Origin: Azolla caroliniana
Taxonomy: Eukaryota; Plantae; Polypodiophyta
Assembly (NCBI GenBank): GCA_043228905.1
Contig: JBHGNT010000055.1
Location: 109,371 to 173,370, forward strand
Direction of reading: 5' to 3'
Length of the DNA: 64,000 nucleotides
The notes beneath the pieces are model-generated. The model ran no database searches and had not been told where the DNA came from. It saw only the letters and a list, made by a program, of their open reading frames with translations. The position numbers were made by a program, and so were the translations under genes. Shown here one piece after another: positions 10,753 through 23,800 of the stretch; within the stretch, counting starts at the first letter, position 1; the number at the start of each line of letters is the position of its first letter.

Positions 10753-12740
10753 TAACTTGGTTCAAGGAATAAACATGAGAACCCAAGAGGAGGAGGCAGA
10801 GGAAGAACCTGCCGACACTCCCCTACGTTGTCGGAAGAGAAGCGACACAGAGCAGAAAGGGGACGAATTGGGACCGTTAAAAGACAGCACACCGATAGGA
10901 CCAGAACCGCTGGCGCCGGTGACTGAGCAGACAGATAACACACCAGTAGCTCCTACAGCACCGGACACAAGCATCACACGGGAGCAAGAACTCTCCACTA
11001 TCAGGGAAGAGTTAGAAGCCCAGGAGGCCTTGAGGGCTAGAGAACAAGAGCAGAAGAAGGCAACGGAGGATGAGTAACGAAGACTCGAAGAAAATATCCG
11101 GAAAAGCTATCAATTCAATGACCGGTTGAAGGAAGAAAAGGAGAAGCTGCTACAAGAGAAGGATAAGCTCCGGCGATCGGCAGAAACTAAAATCAAGCAG
11201 CTCAAAGAAGAACTTCGACAACAGAAAAACCGGGAAGACCGCGCCCGACGCCAAATAAACCAAAAGCTGAAGCAGAAGACAGAGGATTTTGAACGACTAC
11301 ACTGGGATCGCAAGCATTTGGATGCGGAGCATAGGAAGTTGATGGCAGAAGGTGTCTGGCAATAGGAGGAGCTACGGAAACTTCGGAAGGAAGTCAACAG
11401 GGCGACAGAGGCATTGGAAGAAGCAGCAAGGGACCGGATGGAGCTCAACCGGCAGCATTATGAGGAGACGGAATGGGCAAAGATGGTGTTGAATAGTGTT
11501 CAGAGCACTTATCAAACTCAATTCCTGGAATATGAGGTGCAGGCACAGGCAACCGCGGGCCTGATAAAGAAGTTAAAAGAGGAAAAGTAGGTTGCGGAGG
11601 ACAAGTCCAAGATGGGGCTCGGCCGGAGCCGCACCATTGTGCTGGGATGGAAAGAATGAACAAAGAGTATGATTGGTGAAAGCTCAGTGCAATGGTGGTC
11701 AAAATGGGTACAACAAGCAGCGGAATTATAGACATTGCAAGCGGATGCGGAAAACCGGAGAAAGAAAAGTGACAACTTCTACAAGATGGATGTGAAGAGT
11801 ATTGTAACCATTCGGGAGGAGTTGTCGAAGGATTTCTTGTCCCTAACAGGGGAACAATTCATGGTTGTAAGGCAGCTGGTACAACAACTAGATGATGACC
11901 AGCTTGGCACTCAACTCCAGCTCGAGCGATACGAACGAGAGCGAAGACAACAGATAGCATCGCAAATGTCGACGGCAATTAACATCAGTGATGGAGAGAA
12001 GTCTCTAGAGCAACCACCGAATGTAGCCAAGACTAGAGGAGGCCAGCCAAACGAAGCCCAAGTAGAACAGCCAAAAGAAGTCAGACCAGAGGAGCTAGAC
12101 AAAGCCCCAGTGCAGTAGTAGGAGGAGCCAAGGATGGAGGATCCGGAGCCACAAGCGCTGAGACCAGTAGAGCCGGAAAGGAAGAGCAGGCTGGAGAGCA
12201 GGACGAAGACCAACAACAACTACTACTACTACAACCGGAGAAGCAACAGCAACAGCCAATGGAGCAACTACCCGATGAACCGTTGGCACCCTTGGACCAG
12301 AGCATTCTGGACATTTTGGAGGATGAATGAAGGGGCGAACCGTGGGTTCGACGTACAATGTATTGTCCCACGGGTGTGCCATGTGTTGGCCAGTTAGGCT
12401 AGAGTATGAAAGGGGAATCAGTTTTGGGAGTTGTAATTAGATAAATTATAATAATTATAAGATCGGACGGACGAACCCGGAATCGGTATGCCGATCCGGA
12501 TCTGGACCGGTTCGTAGACGGTTGCCGGTTGGCATCGGTTTGTAGCACAACTGGATACCTATAAAAGGATCCATAGATGATGTCATTAGAGACGGATAAT
12601 TAATAGAGAGGTGTTGTGTCTTTACATATTGTGTATCTTGTTAATATCGGTGATTATCAAACACGTGTATCAAGTTAATCATTCCGGATAGTAACTGGGA
12701 AGGATCGGTCCTGTATCACAGTCTGCACATTCCTTACCAT
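10753..12740 (+). mobile_element. 3' portion of a probable gypsy element: decayed coiled-coil extra ORF, PPT and LTR
   Basis: Broken E/K/Q/R-rich ORFs at 10757-12118. A purine tract GGAGGATGAATGAAGGGGCGAA at ~12318-12339 is followed by an LTR-like segment with TATAAAA (~12560). Boundaries are approximate. Confidence 0.5.
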
Positions 12741-12830
12741 ACCACCCCTTTGGTGAAGTGTTCCAAAGGGACACCCTGTGTTAGCGGCTTGTCCAGCCCG
12801 GTGACCCTAACCGGCCAACACCGTGACCCC

Positions 12831-13560
12831 TAGAAAACCTAGAACGGTTGACCGAAACTCGCCTTCTCGCATTCCAAGCACTCTTGACAGAGAAAGCCAA
12901 TAGAAAGGCGTGGCAGACAACAAAGTAAGGGATAAAGATCTAGCTGAAGGGGACATGGCTCTCAAATTCGTGTCTCAATGACACAAAAAGAAGCTCAAAT
13001 TATGAGGCGAAGGCCCCTATGTAGTCTCGGAGATTACCAAGACAGGAGCATGTTGAATACGCACGCACGAAGGAATCGACATCCGAGGATTCATCAATTG
13101 GAACAAGCTCAAATGTTACTATGGACCCCTCACCCTCGAAGCCCTATTCATGGCTCGACAACGAGAAGTGGAAGCCAAACTTAAAGCATCCAAAGGCCAA
13201 ATGGCCCTCTTAGAAACCGACCTTCACAACGTGCAAGCGAAACTGAAAGGACAAGGTGACGCCCACCCCGTGGCTATGGCTAGGTCGATAGACCCTAATG
13301 ACGTGACAACACACCTACCATGCTTCGCTGACGGCGTACCTCTAACAACAGTAATCGATACTGGAGCATCACTAACCCTTTTCTCCTTCGAAACGTGGGA
13401 GCATCTCCCAGACCTCGAAGCGTGCAACGACAACTTCCTTGGCTTCAATGGTTCCACATCACATTGCCTCGGAGCCTTTGTGTGTAACATCAAGACACAA
13501 TATTGTAACCACTCAATTCGAGTTATGGTCCTCCCACCGAAAGTGTTGTACACCACGTGA
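12831..13560 (+). pseudogene. Gypsy integrase C-terminus (GPY/F region) followed in frame by a retropepsin-like aspartic protease domain
   Basis: LENLERLTETRLLAFQALLTEKANRKAW...DLAEGDMALKF...GEGPYVVSEIT...FINWNKLKCYY continues in frame into ORF 13150-13560, which contains VIDTGAS. The integrase part has stops and frameshifts. Confidence 0.7.
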
Positions 13561-14165
13561 CTCCTCGGTTTGGATTGGTGTCACGTAAGGGAATGTCTCC
13601 TATTACCAAGCAAGAACATTGTCTCCTTTCAAACTACAATTGGTGTGAAGTTCGAGAAACTCGTTGCAACAACACTCGAACCACATCCCACCAATCTCGA
13701 CGAACTCTAGAGCATGAAAACACCCAACCAACAAGAACTCGCTCAATCACCGGCCACCCAAGGTCAAAGTAACGCTAACATCGGAACAAGGACATCCACG
13801 CCATGCAAGTGGGTGAATGTTCACACGACCTTCGCCGAAGGACCAGGCCGCGGAGAATGTGTTGTTAGGCGAGTCAGAAAAGAACTCACAAACGCCCAAG
13901 GTTGGCACAAAGGTGCCACTCGCTTCTGATATTACCGATTAGGAACACGGTCTACGGTCAGTCCTTCGACCTAGACCTCAAACGCGCATCCCGACCATGC
14001 CATGTGCATCCCGACTTAGCCAAAACCATTCCAAGCAATACATCCACATTTATCTATTCGAACAGTGTGGTTTGAATCATCCCAACCAGTGTTGCCTTTT
14101 GACGGCTAACATTGCCTGTCATGAGAACGGTATTCCAAAAAATTTGCGTGTCGAATGACGATTTG

Positions 14166-17100
14166 TTTCTCAATTCTATATTATAGACTGCATCGTTAGC
14201 TTCAATGTGCATGGTTCAACATAGAAATCCGATATCACACGAGCCAGGTATGAACATTTTCATTTACTCACGCGCTCTTGTCTATGCCCTCCTCAACTTT
14301 GCTTTCTTGTTCATGTCTCTCGACCTGAGTTTCAAAATCAGGGTTTTCCAATTCTATATCATAGTCAACTTTGTAAGTTTCGATTTCATGTTTGAACACA
14401 AAAATCCGATATCACACGAGCCAGCTATGAACATTTTCATTTACTCACGCGCTCTTGTCTACGCCCTCCTCAACTTTCCTTTTTTCTTCATGTCTCTCGA
14501 CCTGAGTTTCAAAATCATGATTTTCCTATTCTACATTGTAGTAACTTTGTTAGGTTCAATTCGCATGTTTGAACACAGAAATTCGATATCACACGAGCAA
14601 GGTATGAACATTTTCATTTATTCACGTGCTCTTCTCTACGTCGTCCTTAACTTTTCTTTTTTCTTCATGTCTCTCGACTTGAGTTTCAAAATCATGATTT
14701 TTCAATTCTATATCATAGAGTCCATCGTTAGCTTCCATGTGCTTGTTAGAACACAAAAATCCGATATCACAAAATCTAGGTATAAACATTTTCATTTACT
14801 AACATCCTCTTCTCTAAAACCTCCTCAACTTTGCTTTCTTATTCATGTCATGATTTTTTATTTCCATATCATAGCTAGCGTTGTTAGCTTAAAATCGCAT
14901 TTTTGAGCACAAAAAACCGATATCACATGAGGCACGTATGAAAATTTTCATTTCTTGACGCGGTCTTCTGTACAACCTCCTCAACTTTTTGTTTCTCTTC
15001 ATGTCTCTCGACTTGACTTTCAAAATCATGATTTCTCAATTCTATATTGTAGAGTGCTTCTGTGAGCTTCAATTCACATGTTTGAACACAAAAATCCGAT
15101 ATAACACGAGCCAGGTCTGAACATTTTATTTTTCTCACGCGCTCTTGTCTACGTCGTCCTTAACTTTGCTTTTTTGTTCATGTCTCCCGACTTGAGTCTT
15201 AAAATCATGATTTTCCAATTCTATATCATAGACTGCGTTGTTAGCTTTGATGTGCAGGTTTGAACACAAAAATACGATATCACAAGAACCAGGTATGAAC
15301 ATTTTCATTTACTCACGCGCTTTGGTCAATGTCGTCCTCAACTTTGCTTTTTTCTTCATGTCTCTGGACCTGAGTTTCAAAATCATGGTTTATCAATTCT
15401 ATATTATAGAGTGCGTCGTTACCTTCGATGTCCATGTATGAACACAAAAATCCGATATCACACGAGCCATGTATGAACATTTTCATTTACTCACGCGCTC
15501 TTGTCTATGCCCTCCTCAACTTTGCTTTTTTCTTCATGTCTCTGGACCTGAGTTTCAAAATCATGGTTTCTCAATTCTATATTATAGAGTGCGTCGTTAG
15601 CGATGTCCATGTTTGAACACAGAAATCCGTTATCACACGATCCAGGTATGAACATTTTCATTTATTGATGCATTGTTCTCACTGTCCTCCTCAGCTTTAC
15701 ATTTTTCTTCATGTCTCTCGACCTCAGTTTCGAAATCATGATTTTGCATGTCTATATTATAGAGTGCATTGGTAGCTTCCATGTGCATATATGAACACAA
15801 AAATCCGATATCACACGAGCTAGGTATGAACATTTTCATTTACTCACGCGCTCTTGTCTATGCCCTCCTCAACTTTGCTTTTTTCTTCATTTCTCAGGAC
15901 CTGAGTAACAAAATCATGATTTCTCAATTCTATATTATAGAGTGTGTCGTTAGCTTCGATGTGCATGTTTGAACACAAAAATCCGATATCACACGAGCCA
16001 AGTATGAACATTTTCATTTATTGATGCGTTGTTGTCACGACCCTCCTCAACTTTACTTTTTCTTCATGTCTCTCGATCTGAGTTTCAAAATCATGGTTTT
16101 GCAAGTCTATATCATAGAGTGCATCGTAAGCTTCAATGTGCATGTATAAACACAAAAATGCGATATCACACGAGCCAGGTATGAACATTTTCATTTACTC
16201 AAGCACTCTTGTCTACGTCGTCCTTAACTTTGCTTTTTTCTTCACGTCTCTCGACTTGAGTTTCAAAATCATGATTTGGCAATTCTATATCATAGAGTAC
16301 ATCGTTAGCTTCCATGTGCTTGTTAGAACACAAAAATCCAATATCACAAACGCTAGGTATGAACGCGCTCTTGTCTAAAGCCTCCTCAACTTTGCTTTCT
16401 TCTTCATGTCTCTCGACCTCAGTTTCAAAATCATGATTTTTTATTTCCATATCATAGCTTGTGTTGTTAGCGTAAATTCGCATGTTTGAACACAAAAATC
16501 CGATATCACACCAGCCACGTATGAAAATTTCATTTACTGAGGCGCTCTTGTCTACAACCTCCTCAACTTAACGTTTTTCTTCATGTCTCTCGACTTGAGT
16601 TTCAAAATCATGATTTCTAAACTTTATATTGTACAGTGCTTTTGTGAGATTCAATTCGCATTTTTGAACACATAAATCCGATACCACACGAGCCAGGTAT
16701 GAACATTTTCATTGACTCACGAGCTCTTGTCTACGTCGTCCTTGACTTTGCTTTTTTTTTCATGTCTCTTGACTTGAGTGTCAAAATCATGATTTTGAAT
16801 TTCTATATCATAGAGTGCATTGTTAGCTTCGATATGCATGTATGAACACAAAAATCCAATATCACACGAGCTAGGTATGAACATTTTCATTTACTCGCGC
16901 GCTCTTGTGTATGCCCTCCTCAACATTGCTTTTTTCTTCATGTCTCTCGACCTGAGTTTCAAAATCATGATTTCTCAATACTATATTATATAGTGCGTCG
17001 TTAGCTTTGATGTGCATGTTTGAACACAAAAATCCGATATCACACGAGCCAAGTATGAACATTTTCATTTATTGATGCGTTGTGGTCACCACCCTCCTCA

Positions 17101-20100
17101 ACTTTACTTCTTTCTACATGTCTCTTGACCTGACTTTCAAAATATTGGTTTTGCAATTCTTTATCATAGAGTGCGTCGTTAGCTTCTATGTGCATGTTTG
17201 AACACAAACATCTGATATCACGCGAATGAGGTATGAAAATTTTCATTTACTCATGCGCTCTTGTCTACGCCCTCCTCATCTTTGCTTTTATCTTCATGTC
17301 TGTCGACCTGAGTTTCAAAATCATGATTTACCAACTCTACATCGTGGTTACCTGGTTTAGCTTCGATTCGCATGGTTGAACACAAAAATCCGATATCACA
17401 CGAGCCAGGTATGAACATTTTCATTTACTCACCCGCTCTTGTCTACTCCGTTCTCAACTTTGCTTTTTTCTTCATGTCTCTCGACATGAGTTTCAAAATC
17501 ATGATTTTCCAATTCTACATCGTATTTAGCTTTGTTAGGTTCGATTCGCATGTTTGAACACGAAAATCCGATATCACATGAGCCAGGTATGAACATTTTC
17601 ATTTACTCACATGCTCTAGTCTACACCCTCCTACTCTTTGCTTTTTTCTTCATGTCTCTCGACCTGAGTTTCGAATCATGATTTCACAATTCTATATTAT
17701 AGATAAATTGTTAGGTTCGATTCGCATGTATGAACACAGAAATCCGATATCACACAAGCCAGGTATGAACATTTTCATTTACTGAAGCGCTCTTGTCTAT
17801 GCCCTCCTCAACTTTGCTTTTTTCTTCATATCTCTAGAGTTGAGTTTCAAAATCATGATTTCTCGATTCTATATTATAGATTATGTCGTTAGCTTCGATA
17901 TGCATGTTTGAACACAAAAATCCAATATTACACGAGCTAACTATGAACATTTTCATTTATTGATGCGTTGTGGTCACCGCCCTCCTCAACTTTACTTTTT
18001 TCTACATGTCTCTCAACCTGAGTTTCGAAATCTTGGTTTTGCAATTCTATATCATAGAGTGCGTCATTAGCTTCGATGTGCATGTTTGAACACAAAAATC
18101 TGATATCACACGAGCAAGGTATGAACATTTTCATTTACTCACACGCTCTTGTCTACGCCCTCCTCAACTTTCCTTTTTTCCTCATGTCTCTCGACATGAG
18201 TTTCAAAATCAGGATTTTGCAATTCCATATCATAGAGTGCTTTGTTAGGTTGGATTCGCATGTTTGAACATAAAAATCCGATATCACACGAGCCAGGTAT
18301 GAACATTTTCATTTACTCACGCGCTCTTGTCGACGCCCTCCTCAACTTTTCTTTTTTCTTCATGTCTCTCGACCTGAGAATCAAATTCATGATTTACCAA
18401 TTCTACATCGTAGTTAGCTTTGTTAGGTTCGATTCGCATGGTTGAACACAAAAATCCGATATCACACGAGACAGGTATGAACATTTTTATTTAATCACCC
18501 GCTCTTGTCTACGCCGTCGTCAACTTCGGTTTTTCCTTCATGTCTCTCGACCTGAGTTTCAAAATCATGATTTTCCAATTCTACATCGTAGTTAGCTTGG
18601 TTAGGTTCGATTCACATGTTTGAACACGAAAATCTGATATCACACAAGTCCAGTACGAACATTTTCTCTTCATGTCAGTCGACCTAAGTTTCAAATTCAT
18701 CATTTGTCAATTCTATATTATAGAGTGCGTCATTAGCTTCGATGTGCATGTTTCAACATAGAAATCCGATATCACACGAGCCAGGTATGAACATTTTCAT
18801 TTATTGATGCGTTGTTGTCACCGCCCTCCTCAGCTTTACTTTTTTCTTCATGTCTCTCGACTTGAATTTCAAAATCATGATTTTGTAAGTCTATATCATA
18901 GAGTGCGTCGTTAGCTTCGATGTGCATGTATGAATACGACAATCCGATATCACACGAGCCAGGTATGAACATTTTCATTTACTCACGCGCTCTTGTCTAT
19001 GCCCTCCTCAACTTTGCTTTTTTCTTCATGTTGTGGACCTGAGTTTCAAAATCATGATTTCTGAATTCTATATTATAGAGTGCATCGTTAGCTTCGATGT
19101 GCATGTTTGAACATAAAAATCGAATATCACACGAGCCAGGTATGAACATTTTCATTTATTGATGCGCTGTTGTCACCGCCCTCCTCAACTTTACTTTTTT
19201 CTTCATGTCTCTCGACATGAGTTTCAAAATCTTGGTTTTGCGATTCTATATCATGGACTGCGTCGTTAGCTTCGACGTGCATGTTTGAACACAAAAATCC
19301 AATATCACACGAGCCAGGTATGAACATTTTCATTTACTCAAGCGCTCTTGTCTTTGCCCTCCTCAAGTTTGCTTTTTTCTTCATGTGTCTCGACCTGAGT
19401 TTCAAAGTTAGGATTTTCCAATTATATATCATAGTCAGCTTTGTAAGCTTCGATTTTCATGTTTGAACACAAAAATCCGATATGACATGAGCCAACTATG
19501 AACATTTTCATTTACTCACCCGCTCTTGTCTGTGCCCTCCTCAACTTTGTTTTTCTCTTCATGTCTCTCGACCTAAGTTTCAAAATAATGATTTCTCAAA
19601 TCTATATTGTAGAGTGCTTTTGTGAGCTTCAATTCGCATGTTTGAACACAAAAATCTGATATCACAGGAGCCATGTATGAATATTTTCATTTACTCACGC
19701 GCTCTTGTCTACGCCCTCCTCAACTTTGCTTTTTTCTTCATGTCTCTTGACCTGAGTTTCAAAATCATTAGTTTCCAATTCTACATCGTAGTTAGCTTTG
19801 TTAGGTTCGATTCGCATGTTTGAACACAAAAATCCAATATCACACGAGCCAGGTATGAACTTTTTCATTTACTCACGTGCTCTTGTCTACGCCCTCCTCA
19901 ACTTTGCGTTTTTTTTTCATGTCTCTCGACCTGAGTTTCAAAATAATGATTTCTCAATTCTATATTATAGAGTGCGTCGTTAGCTCTGATGTGCAAATTT
20001 GAACACAAAAATCCAATATCACACGAGCCAGGTATGAACATTTTCATTTATTGATGCATTGTAATCACCGCCCTCCTCAACTTTACTTTTTTCTTCATGT

Positions 20101-20742
20101 CTCTCGACCTGAGTTTCAAAATCTTGGTTTTGCAATTCTATATCATAGAGTGCGTCGTTAGCTTCGATGTGCATGTATGAACACAAAAATCCGATATCAC
20201 ACGAGCCAGGTAGGAACATTTTCATTTACTCACGCGCTCTTGTCTACGCGCTCCACAACTTTCCTTTTTTCTTCATGTCTCTGGACCTGAGTTTCAAAAT
20301 CATGATTTTCCTATTCTACATTGTAGTTAGCTTTGTTAGGTTGAATTCACATGTTTGAACACAAAATCCGATATCACACGAGCCAGGTATGAACATTTTT
20401 CATTTACTCACGCGCTCTTGTCTACGTCGTCCTTAAGTTTGCTTTTTTCTTCATGTCTCTCGACTTGAGTTTCAAAATCATGATTTTGCAATTCTATATC
20501 ATAGAGTGCATCGTTAGCTTCGATGTGCTTGTTTGAACACAGAAATCCGATATCACATGAGCCAGGTATGAACATTTTCATTTACTCATGCGCTCTTGTC
20601 TACGCCCTCCTCAACTTTGCTTTTTTCTTCATGTCTCTCGACCTGAGTTTCAAAATCATGATTTTCCAATTCTATATTGTAGTTATCTTTGTTAGGTTCA
20701 ATTAGCATGTTTGAACACAATAATCCGATATCACACGAGCCA

Positions 20743-20745
<3 letters not shown>
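14166..20745. repeat. 178-bp tandem satellite, array 2 (~37 monomers, diverged subfamily, same orientation as array 1)
   Basis: Same core (TTTGAACACAAAAATCCGATATCACACGAGCCAGGTATGAACATTTT) and ~178-bp period. The variable segment is usually CATTTACTCACGCGCTCTTGTCTACGCC. Several monomers carry deletions. The array ends abruptly at a (CT)n tract. Confidence 0.96.

Positions 20746-20784
<39 letters not shown>
20746..20784. repeat. (CT)n microsatellite at the satellite boundary
   Basis: Pure CT run immediately after the last partial monomer. Confidence 0.9.
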
Positions 20785-20788
<4 letters not shown>

Positions 20789-20855
20789 ATTGAGTCCAAC
20801 AATTTCCACTCTAACTACACGAAGTTCAAAACCCTTTCGTCGTTGGAAGATGCCT

Positions 20856-23800
20856 TGTTGGGAACAAGGCCGTGTCAATGTGTAGGATCAAACACCATTC
20901 GATTAGGGTTGAATACCTGCGTATGACAGTTTCTGAGGTCGTGCACAGAGATGGAGAGAAAGAGAGAGAGAGAGAGAGACAGAGGCACAAAAGACTCTTT
21001 ATTCATAAGAAAATAATACAACACCCAACCTTACAAAGAGGTTACTAGGTCACTTTATATAGTGACCGACTTAGGGCAACTACCCTTTACGCTAATTACA
21101 CAAATGGCCCAAACTAGAGCTATACAAGGGATAGTGTGAATACGTCCATTATACACTTGTATTCGACACTCCCCCGTAATGGGCGTATACATGGGTTATC
21201 TAAGATTACAGGTATGAACCTAGGTTCTCGGACATATCAGTTTTGTTCGAGTCGGCAGGGTCCGAAGGCAGAAGACCGGACTGGTCGGGTCGGAAGAGTT
21301 GAAGCCGATCATTAAGGAACTGATGTCGGTTGTCGGAAACCATCCTGCGCTGTGTCCGGCTCTAACCGGACTGGTTTGTCGTTACGCCCATCTGATGCCG
21401 AAGGGACCGAAAGCGGTCTGCCGAAAGACACTTGGTCATTCCATCTGCGACATTGTCGGTTGTGGATATTTTCTCTAGACCGATTTTCCCTGAAATGACG
21501 CAGTCCCGAACGAAGTGATATCGAACGTCGATATGTTTGGAGGCGTTGTGGTGAACCGGATTTCTCGACAAGGCAACAGCACCTTGACTGTCGCTGTAGA
21601 CAACTGGAGCCGAGTCATGGTCGACTTGCCGAAACGTGTGCGCCAGCCGGCCGAGCCACAAAGCTTCTTTTGCAGCGTCGGACGCAGCTACATATTCTGC
21701 TTCAGTCGTTGAGGTCGCTGTGCACTCTTGAAGTTTCGACTTCCACGAAATTGCTCCATTGCCGAATTTGAAGCAGTATCCGGTTGTTGATTTCCGACTG
21801 TCTATACAGCCGGCGAAGTCCGAGTCGGTGTAACCGACTACGCCTGAGGTTGAGTTCGGACCGAAAAGAATGCCGTGATCTTTTGTGCCAGCCAGATATT
21901 TGAACACATGCTTGACTGCGTTCAAATGCGATCGGCCAGGATTGTGCATAAATCTGCTAACGACTCCTACGGCATGAGAAATATCAGGCCGTGTCGCGAC
22001 CATCAGGTACATAAGGGAGCCGACTGCCGGTGCATACGGTACCGACTTCATATCTTCCCCCTCCGGACCGGATGTCGGGCAGTCTCGCTGAGAGAGCCGA
22101 AGATTCATGGGGAGCGGGGTTGAAGCAGATTTGGCTGATTTCATGTTGAAGCGTTCCAAGACACGTCCGATATAGTCGGTTTGAGACAAAAAAAGATGTC
22201 GTTTATCGCGATGCCGACTAATCTTCATGCCAAGTATGTGTCGTGCCGGACCGAGGTCCTTCATGGCAAACTTCAACCGCAGTTGCCGAATGAGATCGGC
22301 AAGTTCGCCCGCGTGGCGTCCAGAGATTAGCATGTCGTCCACGTAAATGATGAGGAAGATGGGTGACCCATCTTGAGCTGTGTTGGTAAAAAGACAATGG
22401 TCCTCATCGCTTTTTGAGAAGCCGATCGATTGGATGAAGTCATCGAACTTCTTGTACCATTGTCGCGGTGCCTGTTTGAGGCCGTATAGACTCTTCCTGA
22501 GTCGGCAGACTAGATGTTCTTGGCCAGTGGCCACGAAGCCTTTTGGCTGCTCCATATAAATTTCCTCTTCAAGATCACCATGGAGGAAGGCTGTTTTGAC
22601 ATCTAGCTGAATCAGCTCCAGGTTGTCGGCTGCCACTACGCCGAGTAGAAAACGAAGGGTTGTCATTTTCACCACTGGTGAAAAAATCTCGTCGAAGTCG
22701 ACGCCATATTCTTGTCGGAAGCCCTTCGCAACTAATCTGGCCTTGTACTTTGGGGTGGTCGAATCAGACGTCTCTTTTAGTCGATAAACCCACTTGCAAG
22801 GAAGAGCACGTCGATTCTTAGGTAGTTCGACCAGATCCCAAGTCTTGTTTGCCCGAATGGAGTGCATTTCCGACTCCATCGCCAGATGCCAGGTGGCTGA
22901 ATCGACAGATGTCGATGCTTCTTCGTAAGACGTCGGTTCGCCGGCGTCGGTGAAGAAAATTCCAGGAGAATACCTCTCCGGTGGTTGCGACAGTCTCTCG
23001 GATCGTCGAGGTATGATTGGACTGGTCGCATCGGGTATCGAGGTCGGATGGTCCGAAAGTGAATTATTCTGCTGTGCCGAGTCGGAGTTGTCCGAGTCGG
23101 TAGTGGAAGGTTCAGCTACCCGTGAAGCTGACCGTGTGTTAAGAGCGGGGCCTTCTTGAAGGGTCGGCACATCGGAAAATGTTACCCTTCGGACTTCGAT
23201 CGGTTTTTCGACTGATGGATTCATAGCCGACTCGTTGAACACAACGTCCGAACTTCGAACGATTTGTCTGCGTTCGGGGTCCCAGAGTCGGTATCCCATT
23301 TCGCCATCTGATCCATATCCCAGGAAAATGCATTTCCTGGACCGAGGTGCAAGTTTTCGGCGATCATCTTTCGGAATAAGGGCGTATGCCTCGCATCCGA
23401 AGATCCTCAGCTTGTCGTAATTCGGCTTACTGCCGATCCATAGTTCCTGAGGAATTTGAAGTCCTAGAGGTCTGCTTGGCGACATATTGATTATGTGTAC
23501 TGCCGTGAGTAGAGCCTCTGCCCAGAAGCCATCCGACAGTCCGGAGTGTTGGAGCATGGAAACTATCCGTTCTTGGATTGTCCGATTCATTCGTTCTGCA
23601 ATCCCGTTTTGCTCCGGACTGTGTGGTGCCGTAAATTCACGTCGGATGCCGCGTTGTCGGCAGAATTTGACGAATTCTTCTGATTTGAACTCTCCCCCAT
23701 TGTCGGTCCGAAAGCATTTCAGTTTTCGGTCGGTTTGATTTTCTACCATAGCGAGCCAATCGGAGAAGATCGAGAAGACACGATCTTTGGTGCGAATTGG

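Noticed and set aside
1129-20705. Many similar 60-230 aa ORFs (MFIPGSCDIGFLCSNM..., MFEHKNPISHEPGMN...)
   Set aside because: They are translations of the satellite. 178 is not a multiple of 3, so frames shift every monomer, and the ORFs appear on both strands.
1-20745. CRISPR-like reading of constant blocks alternating with variable segments
   Set aside because: The variable segments are homologous to each other rather than unique spacers, there are no cas genes, and the context is eukaryotic.
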